The notes under the pieces: generated by a model | The model's database searches: none | Told to the model about the DNA's origin: nothing | What the model saw: only the letters and a program-made list of their open reading frames with translations | Shown here: positions 9,607 to 18,251 of the stretch, piece by piece | Layout: every line of letters starts with the position of its first letter | Numbering within the stretch: the stretch's first letter is position 1 | Made by a program: the position numbers and the translations under genes | Source: Candidatus Sigynarchaeum calidifontis | Lineage (GTDB): Archaea; Asgardarchaeota; Lokiarchaeia; Sigyniarchaeales; Sigyniarchaeaceae | DNA length: 19,758 bases | Direction of reading: 5' to 3' | NCBI GenBank assembly: GCA_030587475.2 | Contig: JAUQYZ020000033.1 | Coordinates: 1 to 19,758 of the forward strand

Positions 9607-9621
9607 GCAACTTGTGGTTGC
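9607..9621. promoter_or_regulatory. Putative Phr/HSR1-type heat-shock operator GCAAC-N5-GTTGC
   Basis: Perfect palindrome GCAAC-TTGTG-GTTGC starting 24 nt after the TATA box, near the expected TSS. An overlapping degenerate copy GCTCAT-N5-GTTAGC lies at 9592-9608. Confidence 0.75.
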
Positions 9622-9675
9622 ATACCAAAACTTAGATCATTGTTATTCACATATCACATTACAAGGTGAAAAGAA

Positions 9676-11574
9676 ATGACGGATAAATTGCACAAAGAGA
9701 AGATCGTGGGTATCGACCTCGGGACATCGAACAGTGCTGCCTCCATCATGATCGGGGGCAAGCCCGTTCTGATCCCGGCGGCGGAGGGCACGACCATCGG
9801 CGGTGGAAAAGCTTTTCCTAGCTTCGTTGCATTCACCAAGGATAAGAAAGTCCTCGTTGGAGAACCGGCCCGGCGCCAGGCAATATCGAACCCGGAACGC
9901 ACGATCACGGCAATCAAGCGAAAAATGGGTACGGATTACAAGGTCGAAATCGACGGCAAGAAATACACGCCCCAGGAAATTTCGGCGATGATCCTCCAGA
10001 AGATCAAGGCGGACACTGAGGCGTACTTGAACGAGCCGGTGACGAAAGCGGTCATTACCGTGCCGGCATATTTCAATGATGCACAGCGCACTGCCACGAA
10101 GGATGCCGGGCGCATCGCCGGCCTCGACGTGGTTCGCATCATCAACGAACCAACCGCAGCTGCCCTGGCTTATGGCCTGGACAAGAAAGGAAAGAACATG
10201 AAAATCGCCGTGCTTGACCTCGGTGGTGGAACGTTCGACGTGACCATCATGGAACTCGGCGATGGCGTGTTCGAGGTCATCTCCACGTCGGGCGACACGC
10301 AACTCGGTGGTACGGACATGGACCGGCTTATCATGGAGGACCTCGCCCGCGAGTTCAAGCGCAAGCACAACATCGACTTGCTGGCCGATCCGACCGCGAA
10401 ACGGCGATTGCTCGAGGCGGCGGAGAAAGCCAAGATCGAGCTATCTAGCGTGTACAGCACGCAGATCAACCTGCCATTCATCTCGCAAGACGCAAGCGGC
10501 CCGAAGCACTTCGACATGGAATATACGCGGGCAAGGCTCGAGGAAGTTATCTCGCCCGTACTAGACAGGTTAGATGCGCCGATGAAACGTGCCCTCGCGG
10601 ACGCGAAGCTTAACGCCAGCCAGATCGACTCGGTCATCCTCATCGGTGGCCCGACACGCATGCCTTGCGTGCTCGAGCGGTTCGAGAGGGTGTTCGGCAA
10701 GAAGGCAGAACGAGGCGTCGATCCCATGGAAGCGGTAGCCATCGGTGCTGGCATCCAGGGAGCTGTCCTGGCGGGAGACGTGAAGGACGTCCTCTTGCTT
10801 GACGTCACCCCCCTGTCTCTTGGCGTGGAAACGCTGGGCGGGGCGTTCACGAAGCTCGTCGAGCGCAACACGACCGTGCCCGTGAAAAAATCGCAAGTGT
10901 TCTCGACCGCTAGCGACAACCAGACATCCGTGGAAATTCACATTTTGCAAGGAGAGCGCCCGCTGGCTAAGGACAACTTTTCGCTCGGCAAGTTCTACCT
11001 GGACGGCATCCCGCCCGCCCCGCGCGGCCTCCCGCAGATCGAGGTCACCTTCGAGATCGATGAAAATGGCATCTTGCAAGTCACTGCCAAGGATCTCGGC
11101 ACGGGAAAGGACAAGTCGATCCGCATCGAGGGCACGAAGAAGCTCTCCGAGGAGGAGATCAAGAGGGCCCAAGAAGACGCGGAACGGAATAGGGAGGCCG
11201 ACGAGCGCGTGCGCGAGACGATCCAGAAGCGAAACGAGCTCGATTCCATGACATACCAGGCCGAGCGGCTCATGAAGGAAAACGCGGCGAAGCTCGATAG
11301 CGGGCTGCGCGACCGGCTCGTGAAGGCGCTGGACCATGCCCGGGACGTCGTGAAATCGAAAAGTGATAACATCCGAGAGATCGACGAGGCGCGAGCCGAG
11401 CTGGAGAAACCATTGCACGAGTTCGCCCAGAAATTGTATGCGACGAAGGGCAGCGCGAATACAGCGGGTGGCGATGTCGGGCCATCATACGGCTCGAGCG
11501 ATGCCGACCCCGTGTATGGCCCGGGAAGCACGAGCAAGGGCGACGATGGAGCGGTCGACGCGGAATTCTCTTGA
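9676..11574 (+). CDS. dnaK: Chaperone DnaK (Hsp70), archaeal/Gram-positive type
   Basis: Motifs [61 protein letters not shown] and C-terminal DAEF. It lacks the ~23-aa Gram-negative insert. SD AGGTGA lies upstream. Confidence 0.99.
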   Translation: MTDKLHKEKIVGIDLGTSNSAASIMIGGKPVLIPAAEGTTIGGGKAFPSFVAFTKDKKVLVGEPARRQAISNPERTITAIKRKMGTDYKVEIDGKKYTPQEISAMILQKIKADTEAYLNEPVTKAVITVPAYFNDAQRTATKDAGRIAGLDVVRIINEPTAAALAYGLDKKGKNMKIAVLDLGGGTFDVTIMELGDGVFEVISTSGDTQLGGTDMDRLIMEDLAREFKRKHNIDLLADPTAKRRLLEAAEKAKIELSSVYSTQINLPFISQDASGPKHFDMEYTRARLEEVISPVLDRLDAPMKRALADAKLNASQIDSVILIGGPTRMPCVLERFERVFGKKAERGVDPMEAVAIGAGIQGAVLAGDVKDVLLLDVTPLSLGVETLGGAFTKLVERNTTVPVKKSQVFSTASDNQTSVEIHILQGERPLAKDNFSLGKFYLDGIPPAPRGLPQIEVTFEIDENGILQVTAKDLGTGKDKSIRIEGTKKLSEEEIKRAQEDAERNREADERVRETIQKRNELDSMTYQAERLMKENAAKLDSGLRDRLVKALDHARDVVKSKSDNIREIDEARAELEKPLHEFAQKLYATKGSANTAGGDVGPSYGSSDADPVYGPGSTSKGDDGAVDAEFS

Positions 11575-11595
11575 GCAAGGCGGTTGATGTTGCCA

Positions 11596-11614
11596 TTCTT
11601 TCCCCTTTTTTTCT
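11596..11614 (+). terminator. Oligo-T/pyrimidine tract after dnaK, possible partial terminator
   Basis: TTCTTTCCCCTTTTTTTCT about 20 nt after the dnaK stop; archaeal terminators are oligo-U tracts. Confidence 0.45.
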
Positions 11615-11672
11615 CCATTGAGGAGATCTAAGGGAATGAAAGATAAGGCGTGAAAAAACGAGCCAACTGGTG

Positions 11673-12707
11673 ATGTTGGTGACGACGAAAAAAGATTATT
11701 ACGAGATCCTCGGGGTGCCCAGGAACGCGACGAAGGAGGAGATCAAGCGCGCCTTCAGGAAGCTGGCAAGAAAATACCACCCGGACGTGAATCCTAACGA
11801 TCCCACCGCGTCTGAGAAATTCAAGGAGATCAACGCTGCCTACATGATACTCGGGGACGACAAGAAAAGGGAGATGTACGACAAGTTTGGCGTGGTAGAT
11901 GGCGAACCTGGAACGTATCCAGGCGCGAATGGCGGCTGGCCAGGTGGCGCCCGGGTCTACCAGGGACCAGACGGGACCACGTACTATTACACGACGTCTG
12001 GTGGCATCCCGGATTTCGATTTCAGCGAGATCTTCGGGGGCAGTCGAAGATCATCCAGGCAAGGCAGTTCGGGCCATGGTGGATTCGACTTTTTCAACGA
12101 CCTGGGAGATATATTTGACGTGTTTAACCGGGGCAGTGCAAGCACGAGGGCCCGGGGCCCTCGCACGAGCATACCCCGGGAAGGCGAGGATCTCCGCTAT
12201 GACATGGAGATCGACTTCATGGATGCCTTCACGGGCGGCGAGCGCCAGATCACCTTCAAGGATCCCTCGACGGGGAAGCCCCGGACGATCACCGTGAAAA
12301 TCCCGGCCGGCGTGCAAGATGGACAAAAATTACGACTGGCCACGCTCGGCATGCCCGGGGAGAATGGAGGCCCGCCAGGCGACCTGTACATCGCGGTCCA
12401 CGTGCGTCCGAGACCAGGATTTGACCGGAAGGAAAACGATGACGTGTCGGTCGTTGCCGAGATCCCTTTCACCACGGCCGTGCTCGGCGGGAAGGTGAGC
12501 GTGCAGGGCATCGATCGCACGCTCACGGTCACTGTCCCGCCCGGGACGAAGGATGGCACGACATTGCGGCTCAAGGGCCAGGGTTTCACGAAATTGAAAC
12601 AAAATGAACGTGGGAACTTGCTCGTGGACATCCACGTTCAAGTTCCAGACAAGATCAACTCGAAACAGAGAAAACTATTGGAGGAATTACGAAATGTTGG
12701 GCTATAA
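11673..12707 (+). CDS. dnaJ: Class II J-domain protein (DnaJ/CbpA-like, no Zn finger)
   Basis: J domain DYYEILGV...KYHPDVN...YDKFG, G/F-rich linker with DIF-like motifs and C-terminal domains (GEDLRY, KIPAGV, GDLYI, VPPGT, LKGQG). No CxxCxGxG repeats. Exact start uncertain (11670/11673/11679). Confidence 0.93.
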   Translation: MLVTTKKDYYEILGVPRNATKEEIKRAFRKLARKYHPDVNPNDPTASEKFKEINAAYMILGDDKKREMYDKFGVVDGEPGTYPGANGGWPGGARVYQGPDGTTYYYTTSGGIPDFDFSEIFGGSRRSSRQGSSGHGGFDFFNDLGDIFDVFNRGSASTRARGPRTSIPREGEDLRYDMEIDFMDAFTGGERQITFKDPSTGKPRTITVKIPAGVQDGQKLRLATLGMPGENGGPPGDLYIAVHVRPRPGFDRKENDDVSVVAEIPFTTAVLGGKVSVQGIDRTLTVTVPPGTKDGTTLRLKGQGFTKLKQNERGNLLVDIHVQVPDKINSKQRKLLEELRNVGL

Positions 12708-12737
12708 GCTAGGAAAATAATGGAGGCATGGTAAAAC

Positions 12738-15392
12738 ATGATGAAAATGGACGATTTCACGATCAAGGTGCAAGAAGCATTGCTCGCGGCGCGTTCGCTT
12801 GCACAGCAGCGCGATCACCCCTACATCGAACCGTTGCACGTGTTGAAAGCGCTGCTTGACCAGCAAGACGGCATCGCGAGGCCCTTGCTCGAAAAGCTTG
12901 GAACGCGCGTTGCTGCAGTGAACCAATCGATCGAGGGAGAACTCAAGCGAATCCCGACGGTGCACGGATCGGGCGCGAGTGATGTCGCTATTTCGAGAGA
13001 AACGGCGAGTCTTTTCGATGACGCGTGGAAAGAAGCGAGAAATCTCAAGGATCGCTATTTGAGCAGCGAGCATCTGCTATTAGCAATGGCTGAAAACAAG
13101 GGTACACCAGTCCAGCGCGTGCTTTCCGCGCATGGCATCACCAAGGATCGCATCATGCAAGCACTCGTCAGCGTGCGTGGTAGCCATGCAATCAATGATC
13201 AAGATCCAGAAAGCAAGTACCAGGCCATAGAGAAATATGCCAAGAACTTGACAGATCTCGCGCGGCGTGGTAAAATCGATCCCGTTATCGGGCGCGACGA
13301 CGAGATCCGCCGGGTTATGCACATCCTCTCGCGACGAACGAAGAATAATCCCGTGCTAATCGGCGAGGCCGGGGTGGGTAAAACGGCGATCGTCGAGGGC
13401 CTTGCCCAGCGGATTGCAAACGGCGACGTGCCGGAATCGCTCAAGAACAAGGAACTGGTAGCCTTGGATCTCGGCGCGATGATAGCAGGGGCAAAATATC
13501 GCGGCGAGTTCGAGGACAGGCTCAAGGCCTTGCTCAAGGAAGTCGAGAAATCCGACGGGCGATATGTATTATTCATCGACGAGCTGCACACGCTCGTGGG
13601 GGCTGGCGCGGCGGAGGGAGCCATCGACGCGTCGAACATGCTCAAGCCAGCCCTCGCCCGTGGCGAGTTGCGTTGCATCGGCGCGACGACCATCAAGGAA
13701 TACAGGAAACACATCGAGAAAGATGCTGCATTGACGCGCCGATTCCAGACCGTGCTGGTCGAGGAACCCAGCGTGGAAGACACGATCGCGATCCTCAGGG
13801 GTCTCAAGGAGAAGTACGAGGTGCATCACGGGGTTCGAATTTCCGATGCCGCCGTGATCGCGGCGGTCACGCTGTCGCACAGGTACATCACGGACCGGTT
13901 CTTGCCCGACAAGGCCATCGACTTGATGGACGAGGCCGCGTCGCGCTTGCGCATAGAAATAGACAGCATGCCGACGGAGATCGACGAGTTGGAGCGGCGC
14001 GTGATCCAGCTCGAGGTAGAGAAGCAAGCGTTGCTCAAGGAACAAGACCCGGCGTCAAAGGAACGCCTTGGCAAGATCGAGGAGGAACTCCACGAATTGC
14101 GTGAAAAAGGAGATGCACTCAAGCTACAATGGCGGAACGAGAAGGAGATAATCTCCAAGATTGGAGAGGTGAAGAAACAAATCGATGCTGCCAAGATGGA
14201 GGCCGAGCAAGCCGAAAACGAGGGAAACCTCGGTCGTATGGCGGAGCTGCAATATGGCGTCATCAGCGGCTTGCAAAAGGAGGTAGACCGCCTTGCCGGC
14301 GAGCTAAAGGCCATCCAATCGACCAAGAAAATGCTGAAACAAGAGGTCGACGAGGAGGACATCGCCAACATCATCTCGCAATGGACGGGCATACCTGTTT
14401 CGCGGATGCTGGAAGGCGAGAAAGCTAAACTACTCCACATGGAAGAACGTCTCGCACGTCGCGTGGTCGGGCAGGATGATGCCCTTCGCGTGATTTCAAA
14501 CGCGATCCGCCGGTCTCGAGCGGGCATCCAGGACCCGAACCGTCCAATCGGTACCTTCATATTCATGGGGCCAACCGGCGTGGGAAAAACCGAAACCGCG
14601 AAGGCACTCGCGGAATTCTTGTTCGACGACGAGAATGCCATGATCCGTATCGACATGAGCGAGTACATGGAGAAACATGCAGTCGCGCGGCTCATCGGGG
14701 CACCCCCAGGTTATGTCGGTTATGACGAGGGAGGATTCTTGACCGAGGCCGTGCGCAAGCGGCCATACTCGGTCGTGTTGTTCGACGAGATAGAGAAGGC
14801 ACACCAAGATGTTTTCAACGTGTTGCTCCAGATCCTCGATGATGGCCGCCTGACCGATGGTCACGGGAAAACCGTCGATTTCAAGAACACGATCATCATC
14901 ATGACCAGCAATATCGGGAGCGATCTCATCCTCGAATCGATGGAGCGAGGAAAGGATGGGCAGCTGGACCCGGGAACGATCAATACACTCTTATCCCGGT
15001 ACTTCCGGCCCGAGTTCTTGAACCGCATTGACGAGGTCATCGTGTTCAAGTTCCTCAACGAGGCTCGAATCCAAGCAATCGTGGACATCCAGATCCAGAG
15101 GTTGAACGCATTGCTGGCAGATCGCAAGCTCGAATTAGTAATAACACCCGAAGCAAAACAATTCCTCGCAAGACAAGGTTTCGATCCGAAATTCGGCGCG
15201 CGGCCTCTCAAGCGCGCGATCCAGAACTTCGTGCAGAATCCCTTGGCGAAACGCATCTTGGAAGGCGAGCTCGAGGCGGGCGACACTATCGAAGTCGTGT
15301 TGGACACGTCGAAACAGCAACTCGCGTTCAAGCGGATCAAGAACGCCATGAATGGCGAACGGAACAAGCGAGGTGAAACCCGATCGAAATGA
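12738..15392 (+). CDS. clpB: ATP-dependent disaggregase ClpB (Hsp100)
   Basis: Clp N-domain, NBD1 ([15 protein letters not shown]), a long coiled-coil middle domain, and NBD2 ([36 protein letters not shown]). No IGF ClpP-docking loop. Confidence 0.98.
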   Translation: MMKMDDFTIKVQEALLAARSLAQQRDHPYIEPLHVLKALLDQQDGIARPLLEKLGTRVAAVNQSIEGELKRIPTVHGSGASDVAISRETASLFDDAWKEARNLKDRYLSSEHLLLAMAENKGTPVQRVLSAHGITKDRIMQALVSVRGSHAINDQDPESKYQAIEKYAKNLTDLARRGKIDPVIGRDDEIRRVMHILSRRTKNNPVLIGEAGVGKTAIVEGLAQRIANGDVPESLKNKELVALDLGAMIAGAKYRGEFEDRLKALLKEVEKSDGRYVLFIDELHTLVGAGAAEGAIDASNMLKPALARGELRCIGATTIKEYRKHIEKDAALTRRFQTVLVEEPSVEDTIAILRGLKEKYEVHHGVRISDAAVIAAVTLSHRYITDRFLPDKAIDLMDEAASRLRIEIDSMPTEIDELERRVIQLEVEKQALLKEQDPASKERLGKIEEELHELREKGDALKLQWRNEKEIISKIGEVKKQIDAAKMEAEQAENEGNLGRMAELQYGVISGLQKEVDRLAGELKAIQSTKKMLKQEVDEEDIANIISQWTGIPVSRMLEGEKAKLLHMEERLARRVVGQDDALRVISNAIRRSRAGIQDPNRPIGTFIFMGPTGVGKTETAKALAEFLFDDENAMIRIDMSEYMEKHAVARLIGAPPGYVGYDEGGFLTEAVRKRPYSVVLFDEIEKAHQDVFNVLLQILDDGRLTDGHGKTVDFKNTIIIMTSNIGSDLILESMERGKDGQLDPGTINTLLSRYFRPEFLNRIDEVIVFKFLNEARIQAIVDIQIQRLNALLADRKLELVITPEAKQFLARQGFDPKFGARPLKRAIQNFVQNPLAKRILEGELEAGDTIEVVLDTSKQQLAFKRIKNAMNGERNKRGETRSK

Positions 15393-15523
15393 TGATGAAA
15401 CGTGAATTCGGGCTGGGTTTATATGCCCCCCGTACCATCACCTTTTCATTCCAATGTTGCCAATCTTCACTTGGCAACGTTGACCATGACAAAGACCATT
15501 GCGAATGGAAAAAATGCGGGTGA
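15389..15523 (+). CDS. Putative 44-aa Cys/His-rich small protein
   Basis: Hand translation: [48 protein letters not shown] overlap with the clpB stop, GAGGTGA at 15370-15376, and stop 6 nt before the next ATG. Confidence 0.35.
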   Translation: MMMKREFGLGLYAPRTITFSFQCCQSSLGNVDHDKDHCEWKKCG

Positions 15524-15529
15524 AGAGAC

Positions 15530-16252
15530 ATGTCTGGCAATGAAGAGGAAGATGATTGGTTTTTCGACATCCTGGGCAACGATGTCCGTCGCAAAATCAT
15601 TCAAATGCTTTCTCGCGGCCCCACATCCATGAAACAGTTCACGGACGCGGTGAACGTGTCCCGGCAGGCCATACTCAAGCAGCTAGAACAGATGCAAGTC
15701 AAGGGTCTCGTCGAGTCGCACGACATGGAACTCGATGGGGACGAGAAGCGAAAGGGGCCTCCGGCCCGCGTGTATAACTTGACCAAGTTTTTCAAGATCG
15801 AATACGAGGTGAACCCGAGTTTCACAGAACCCCTTGTCACGAGGCTTTATTTGCTTCCAGGCGAGATAAACAAAACGAAACTCGATGATGAAGAGTTAAA
15901 GAAAAAATATCCGACAGATATCAGGGAATGTTTCAAGGATCTCGCGCAGATCGACTCGAACATTCAAGAATTACAAAACAAGCACAGGGAACTCTACCAG
16001 AAAAAGGTTGAATTGCTCAACCGGCTTCGATCTCGCATCGATCAGAGTTTCGACGAGAAGGAAGAGAAGGAAATCTTGTTATACATGCTCGCACACCCGG
16101 CACGGTCTCTGGAGGGGATGCGCGTTTCCGAACTTGCATCGGTGGTCCCGCTTCGCAGGGATTTTCTGGATGCAGTTCTCACGAGCTTGCAAAAACACGG
16201 GTATATCGAGCGAAAAGGTGAGATGGTACGCATCAAGGCAAAAAATGAATGA
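15530..16252 (+). CDS. Phr/HSR1-like archaeal heat-shock transcriptional regulator (ArsR-type wHTH, coiled coil, C-terminal HTH; COG1777-like)
   Basis: FDILGNDVRRKIIQML...VSRQAILKQL...GLVES...KGPPARVYNL parallels Pyrococcus Phr as recalled (LDVLGNETRRRIL...GRPRKYY). A heptad coiled coil and a second HTH-like segment follow. SD GGTGA at 15519-15523. Confidence 0.8.
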   Translation: MSGNEEEDDWFFDILGNDVRRKIIQMLSRGPTSMKQFTDAVNVSRQAILKQLEQMQVKGLVESHDMELDGDEKRKGPPARVYNLTKFFKIEYEVNPSFTEPLVTRLYLLPGEINKTKLDDEELKKKYPTDIRECFKDLAQIDSNIQELQNKHRELYQKKVELLNRLRSRIDQSFDEKEEKEILLYMLAHPARSLEGMRVSELASVVPLRRDFLDAVLTSLQKHGYIERKGEMVRIKAKNE

Positions 16253-16257
16253 AAACA

Positions 16258-16761
16258 TCACCACGGGGGGAAATCACCAGCCGTTGCACCAATCCAACCA
16301 GTTCCCCTGCAGATGGGGCACCGGGATCCCGTACTGAACGAGATGCCTTGCCCGCGGCAAGCCGGGCAAGCCGCTTCCACGCGCGTCCCGAATCCTGGAC
16401 TGAATGGCGGGTCAAAATGCCAGGTTGATGCAACATTTTGCCGAATGCCCCTGTAAACGTGCACGACACGTGTCGAATGGCTCGCTTTTTGGCAGCGATC
16501 ATGCTGCACCCTCGTGCCGACCACGGATGCGCGACGCTTTTCGATCGCAGCATCGTACGCCCGGCGCTCGCGGGCATCGCTCAAGATATCGTAAGCGTTA
16601 TTTAGCAAGATGAAACATTCTTGCGCATGAACGTCACCGGGATGTAAATCCGGGTGGCATGCTTTCGCTTTCTCCTTGAATGACCGCTTGATCTCGTCCA
16701 GGGATGCGTCTCTGTCGACCCCGAGGATCTTGTAATAATCTTCGTTGCTCAAGTGAACCAC
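16258..16761 (-). CDS. Small J-domain protein with C-terminal DnaJ-type zinc finger (two CxxCxGxG repeats)
   Basis: DYYKILGV...CHPDLHP...AYDILSD...RRAYD J domain, then CPACRGQG and CPICRGTG. No substrate-binding C-terminal domain. Start GTG 16761 or TTG 16752. Confidence 0.85.
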   Translation of the reverse strand: MVHLSNEDYYKILGVDRDASLDEIKRSFKEKAKACHPDLHPGDVHAQECFILLNNAYDILSDARERRAYDAAIEKRRASVVGTRVQHDRCQKASHSTRVVHVYRGIRQNVASTWHFDPPFSPGFGTRVEAACPACRGQGISFSTGSRCPICRGTGWIGATAGDFPPW

Positions 16762-16883
16762 GTAATTCCTGTCGATTCGACGTTCATAATGTATTGCAAA
16801 TGTGCAATCGCAACAGGGCGTTATTATTTACATTCAAGGCTCGCGAACATGAATCTATTCCAGGTAAGATCGATAAAAAGCAA

Positions 16884-16891
16884 TATATAAA
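16884..16891 (-). promoter_or_regulatory. Putative TATA box for the J/Zn-finger gene
   Basis: Minus-strand TTTATATA downstream of the hsp20 terminator; no clear BRE. Confidence 0.4.
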
Positions 16892-16965
16892 CTTGTACCC
16901 GAACGGGGAAAAATACAGCCAATAAACCAAGCACGCGGTTTCGGGCAAAAATGGTTTTCAAAGGG

Positions 16966-17001
16966 AAAAAAAAACAAGGAAAAAAAGCTCGGAGCCGAAC
17001 T
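16966..17001 (-). terminator. Terminator of the hsp20 pair
   Basis: On the minus strand, 15 nt after the stop: short hairpin AGTTCG-gctc-CGAGCT followed by T7 and T9 tracts. Confidence 0.65.
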
Positions 17002-17015
17002 CTTGCTGCATTTTT

Positions 17016-17366
17016 TCACGATAACTTGATGTCGACAGCATTGTCGAGGGGATTCTTGAATTTTCCCTTGATAAGGAGCAAGCCATGCTCGTACTTCGCC
17101 TCGATGGAATTCACGTCCATTTCGTAGGGGAAGTATTCGGTAAGGAGGTATTGGGTGTGCTCGCGCGTCGCCCGCAAGTCGAACATGTCAGGAAGCACGC
17201 GGAGCCGGACATTCTCCTTTGGAACCCCTGGCAATTCCACACGGGCGTTGTACTCGCCGGTCTCGCAATCGAAATCCGCGCTGTAATACGGGCGGATCCG
17301 CCAGTAGATCTCCTCGTCTGCCTTTTTTTCGACTATGCTCGTTTCTTTCGCTTTTGCTTCAACCAT
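17016..17366 (-). CDS. hsp20: Small heat-shock protein, single alpha-crystallin domain
   Basis: VELPGVPKENVRL, IEAKYEHGLLLI and C-terminal IxI-like VDIKL. SD GAGGTG at 17373-17378. Confidence 0.9.
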   Translation of the reverse strand: MVEAKAKETSIVEKKADEEIYWRIRPYYSADFDCETGEYNARVELPGVPKENVRLRVLPDMFDLRATREHTQYLLTEYFPYEMDVNSIEAKYEHGLLLIKGKFKNPLDNAVDIKLS

Positions 17367-17413
17367 GGGCTACACCTCTTTTTCCTTGTTTGAAATAAAG
17401 CATGGAAGCGAGA

Positions 17414-18073
17414 TCAGAGCTTGATCTCCTTCGCATCGTCCAGCGGATCGTGGATGACCGCATGGATTTTCAGCAAACCGTTGTAATATTCAGCTGTCGT
17501 CTTTTCAGGCACGATGTCAACACCAAAGCTGAGGTTTGCCGCGTATTCCAGATTGTCCTTCGGGCGCACCGCGCTCACGTGGAACCAGGATGGAAGCACT
17601 TTCAGCTCGATGTCTTCCTTCTTGACGCCAGGGATGCTCATTTCTACCTTTATCTTCTTGGCATCATAATCAGTGTCGCGGTAGACCCGCGGGAAGATCT
17701 GGTAGAACTTCTCGTTCTTGTAGTCCTTGTCACGCTTCATGACCGTGAACGCTTTCTCGAGTGGGTTGTATCGCTCGAACTCGACCCGGAGAAGCCCTTC
17801 GGTGTAATCGCTGGTCACCTTCGTCGGCTCGATGCGGAAACTCAGGTCCAAATCGAGGGTGTAAACGATGTTGTCGCGCTCGGCGCGCAAGGTGAAATAA
17901 TCTTCCATGGCCTTCATTTTAATAGCTTCTTTTGGCACGCCGGGCAAAGCAATCTCGAGCACGAACTTGTTGTCGTGTAACCATGCACCATAGCGGGGCG
18001 TGACCTTGTATTTGGGTTGTTCCTTCGCTTCTTGGATGTCTTTTGGTTTTTCAGCCGATTGTACAAGAGCCAT
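17414..18073 (-). CDS. hsp20: Small heat-shock protein with two tandem alpha-crystallin domains
   Basis: Domain 1 IALPGVPKEAIKM...SDYTEGLLRV; domain 2 MSIPGVKKEDIEL...AEYYNGLLKI...KEIKL. Start ATG 18073 chosen from SD GAGGTG at 18081-18086 (219 aa). Confidence 0.9.
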   Translation of the reverse strand: MALVQSAEKPKDIQEAKEQPKYKVTPRYGAWLHDNKFVLEIALPGVPKEAIKMKAMEDYFTLRAERDNIVYTLDLDLSFRIEPTKVTSDYTEGLLRVEFERYNPLEKAFTVMKRDKDYKNEKFYQIFPRVYRDTDYDAKKIKVEMSIPGVKKEDIELKVLPSWFHVSAVRPKDNLEYAANLSFGVDIVPEKTTAEYYNGLLKIHAVIHDPLDDAKEIKL

Positions 18074-18152
18074 CACAATCCACCTCGTCTGTGGGTTTTT
18101 TTCCATGTGTTAAACATCGGTGCATGATCGATCAAGAGAGATCGGTTCGGTT

Positions 18153-18182
18153 TGCAACCGATGCTTGCATATTGATCTTGCA
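18153..18182. promoter_or_regulatory. Tandem putative heat-shock operators at the hsp20 transcription start
   Basis: TGCAAC-CGATG-CTTGCA (18153-18169) and TGCATA-TTGAT-CTTGCA (18166-18182); TGCA recurs every 13 nt. Confidence 0.72.
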
Positions 18183-18190
18183 CAAGGTGA

Positions 18191-18205
18191 TATATAAATA
18201 TTTCG
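18191..18205 (-). promoter_or_regulatory. Archaeal BRE/TATA promoter of the hsp20 operon
   Basis: Minus-strand CGAAA-TA-TTTATATA, a consensus archaeal BRE+TATA. Confidence 0.8.
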
Positions 18206-18251
18206 CCCCGCGGGGAATAATCTGCCACGAATGCGGGCGCATGTTTTGAAT

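Noticed and set aside
9604-9630. CIRCE element (TTAGCACTC-N9-GAGTGCTAA) before dnaK
   Set aside because: Only TTAGCA matches. The right arm and spacing do not fit, and there is no hrcA in the window. The GCAAC-N5-GTTGC palindrome explains the site better.
11500-11574. Eukaryote-like Hsp70 EEVD tail
   Set aside because: The tail ends VDAEFS, the prokaryotic DAEF-type motif.
9643-15367. Long antisense ORFs over dnaK, dnaJ and clpB (e.g. 9643-10368, 10570-11418, 13826-14695)
   Set aside because: Shadow frames of codon-biased conserved genes, with no motifs of their own.
12738-15392. ClpC/ClpA protease ATPase or ClpG
   Set aside because: It has a full-length middle domain, no IGF loop, no N-terminal Zn-binding extension and no clpP nearby, so it is ClpB.
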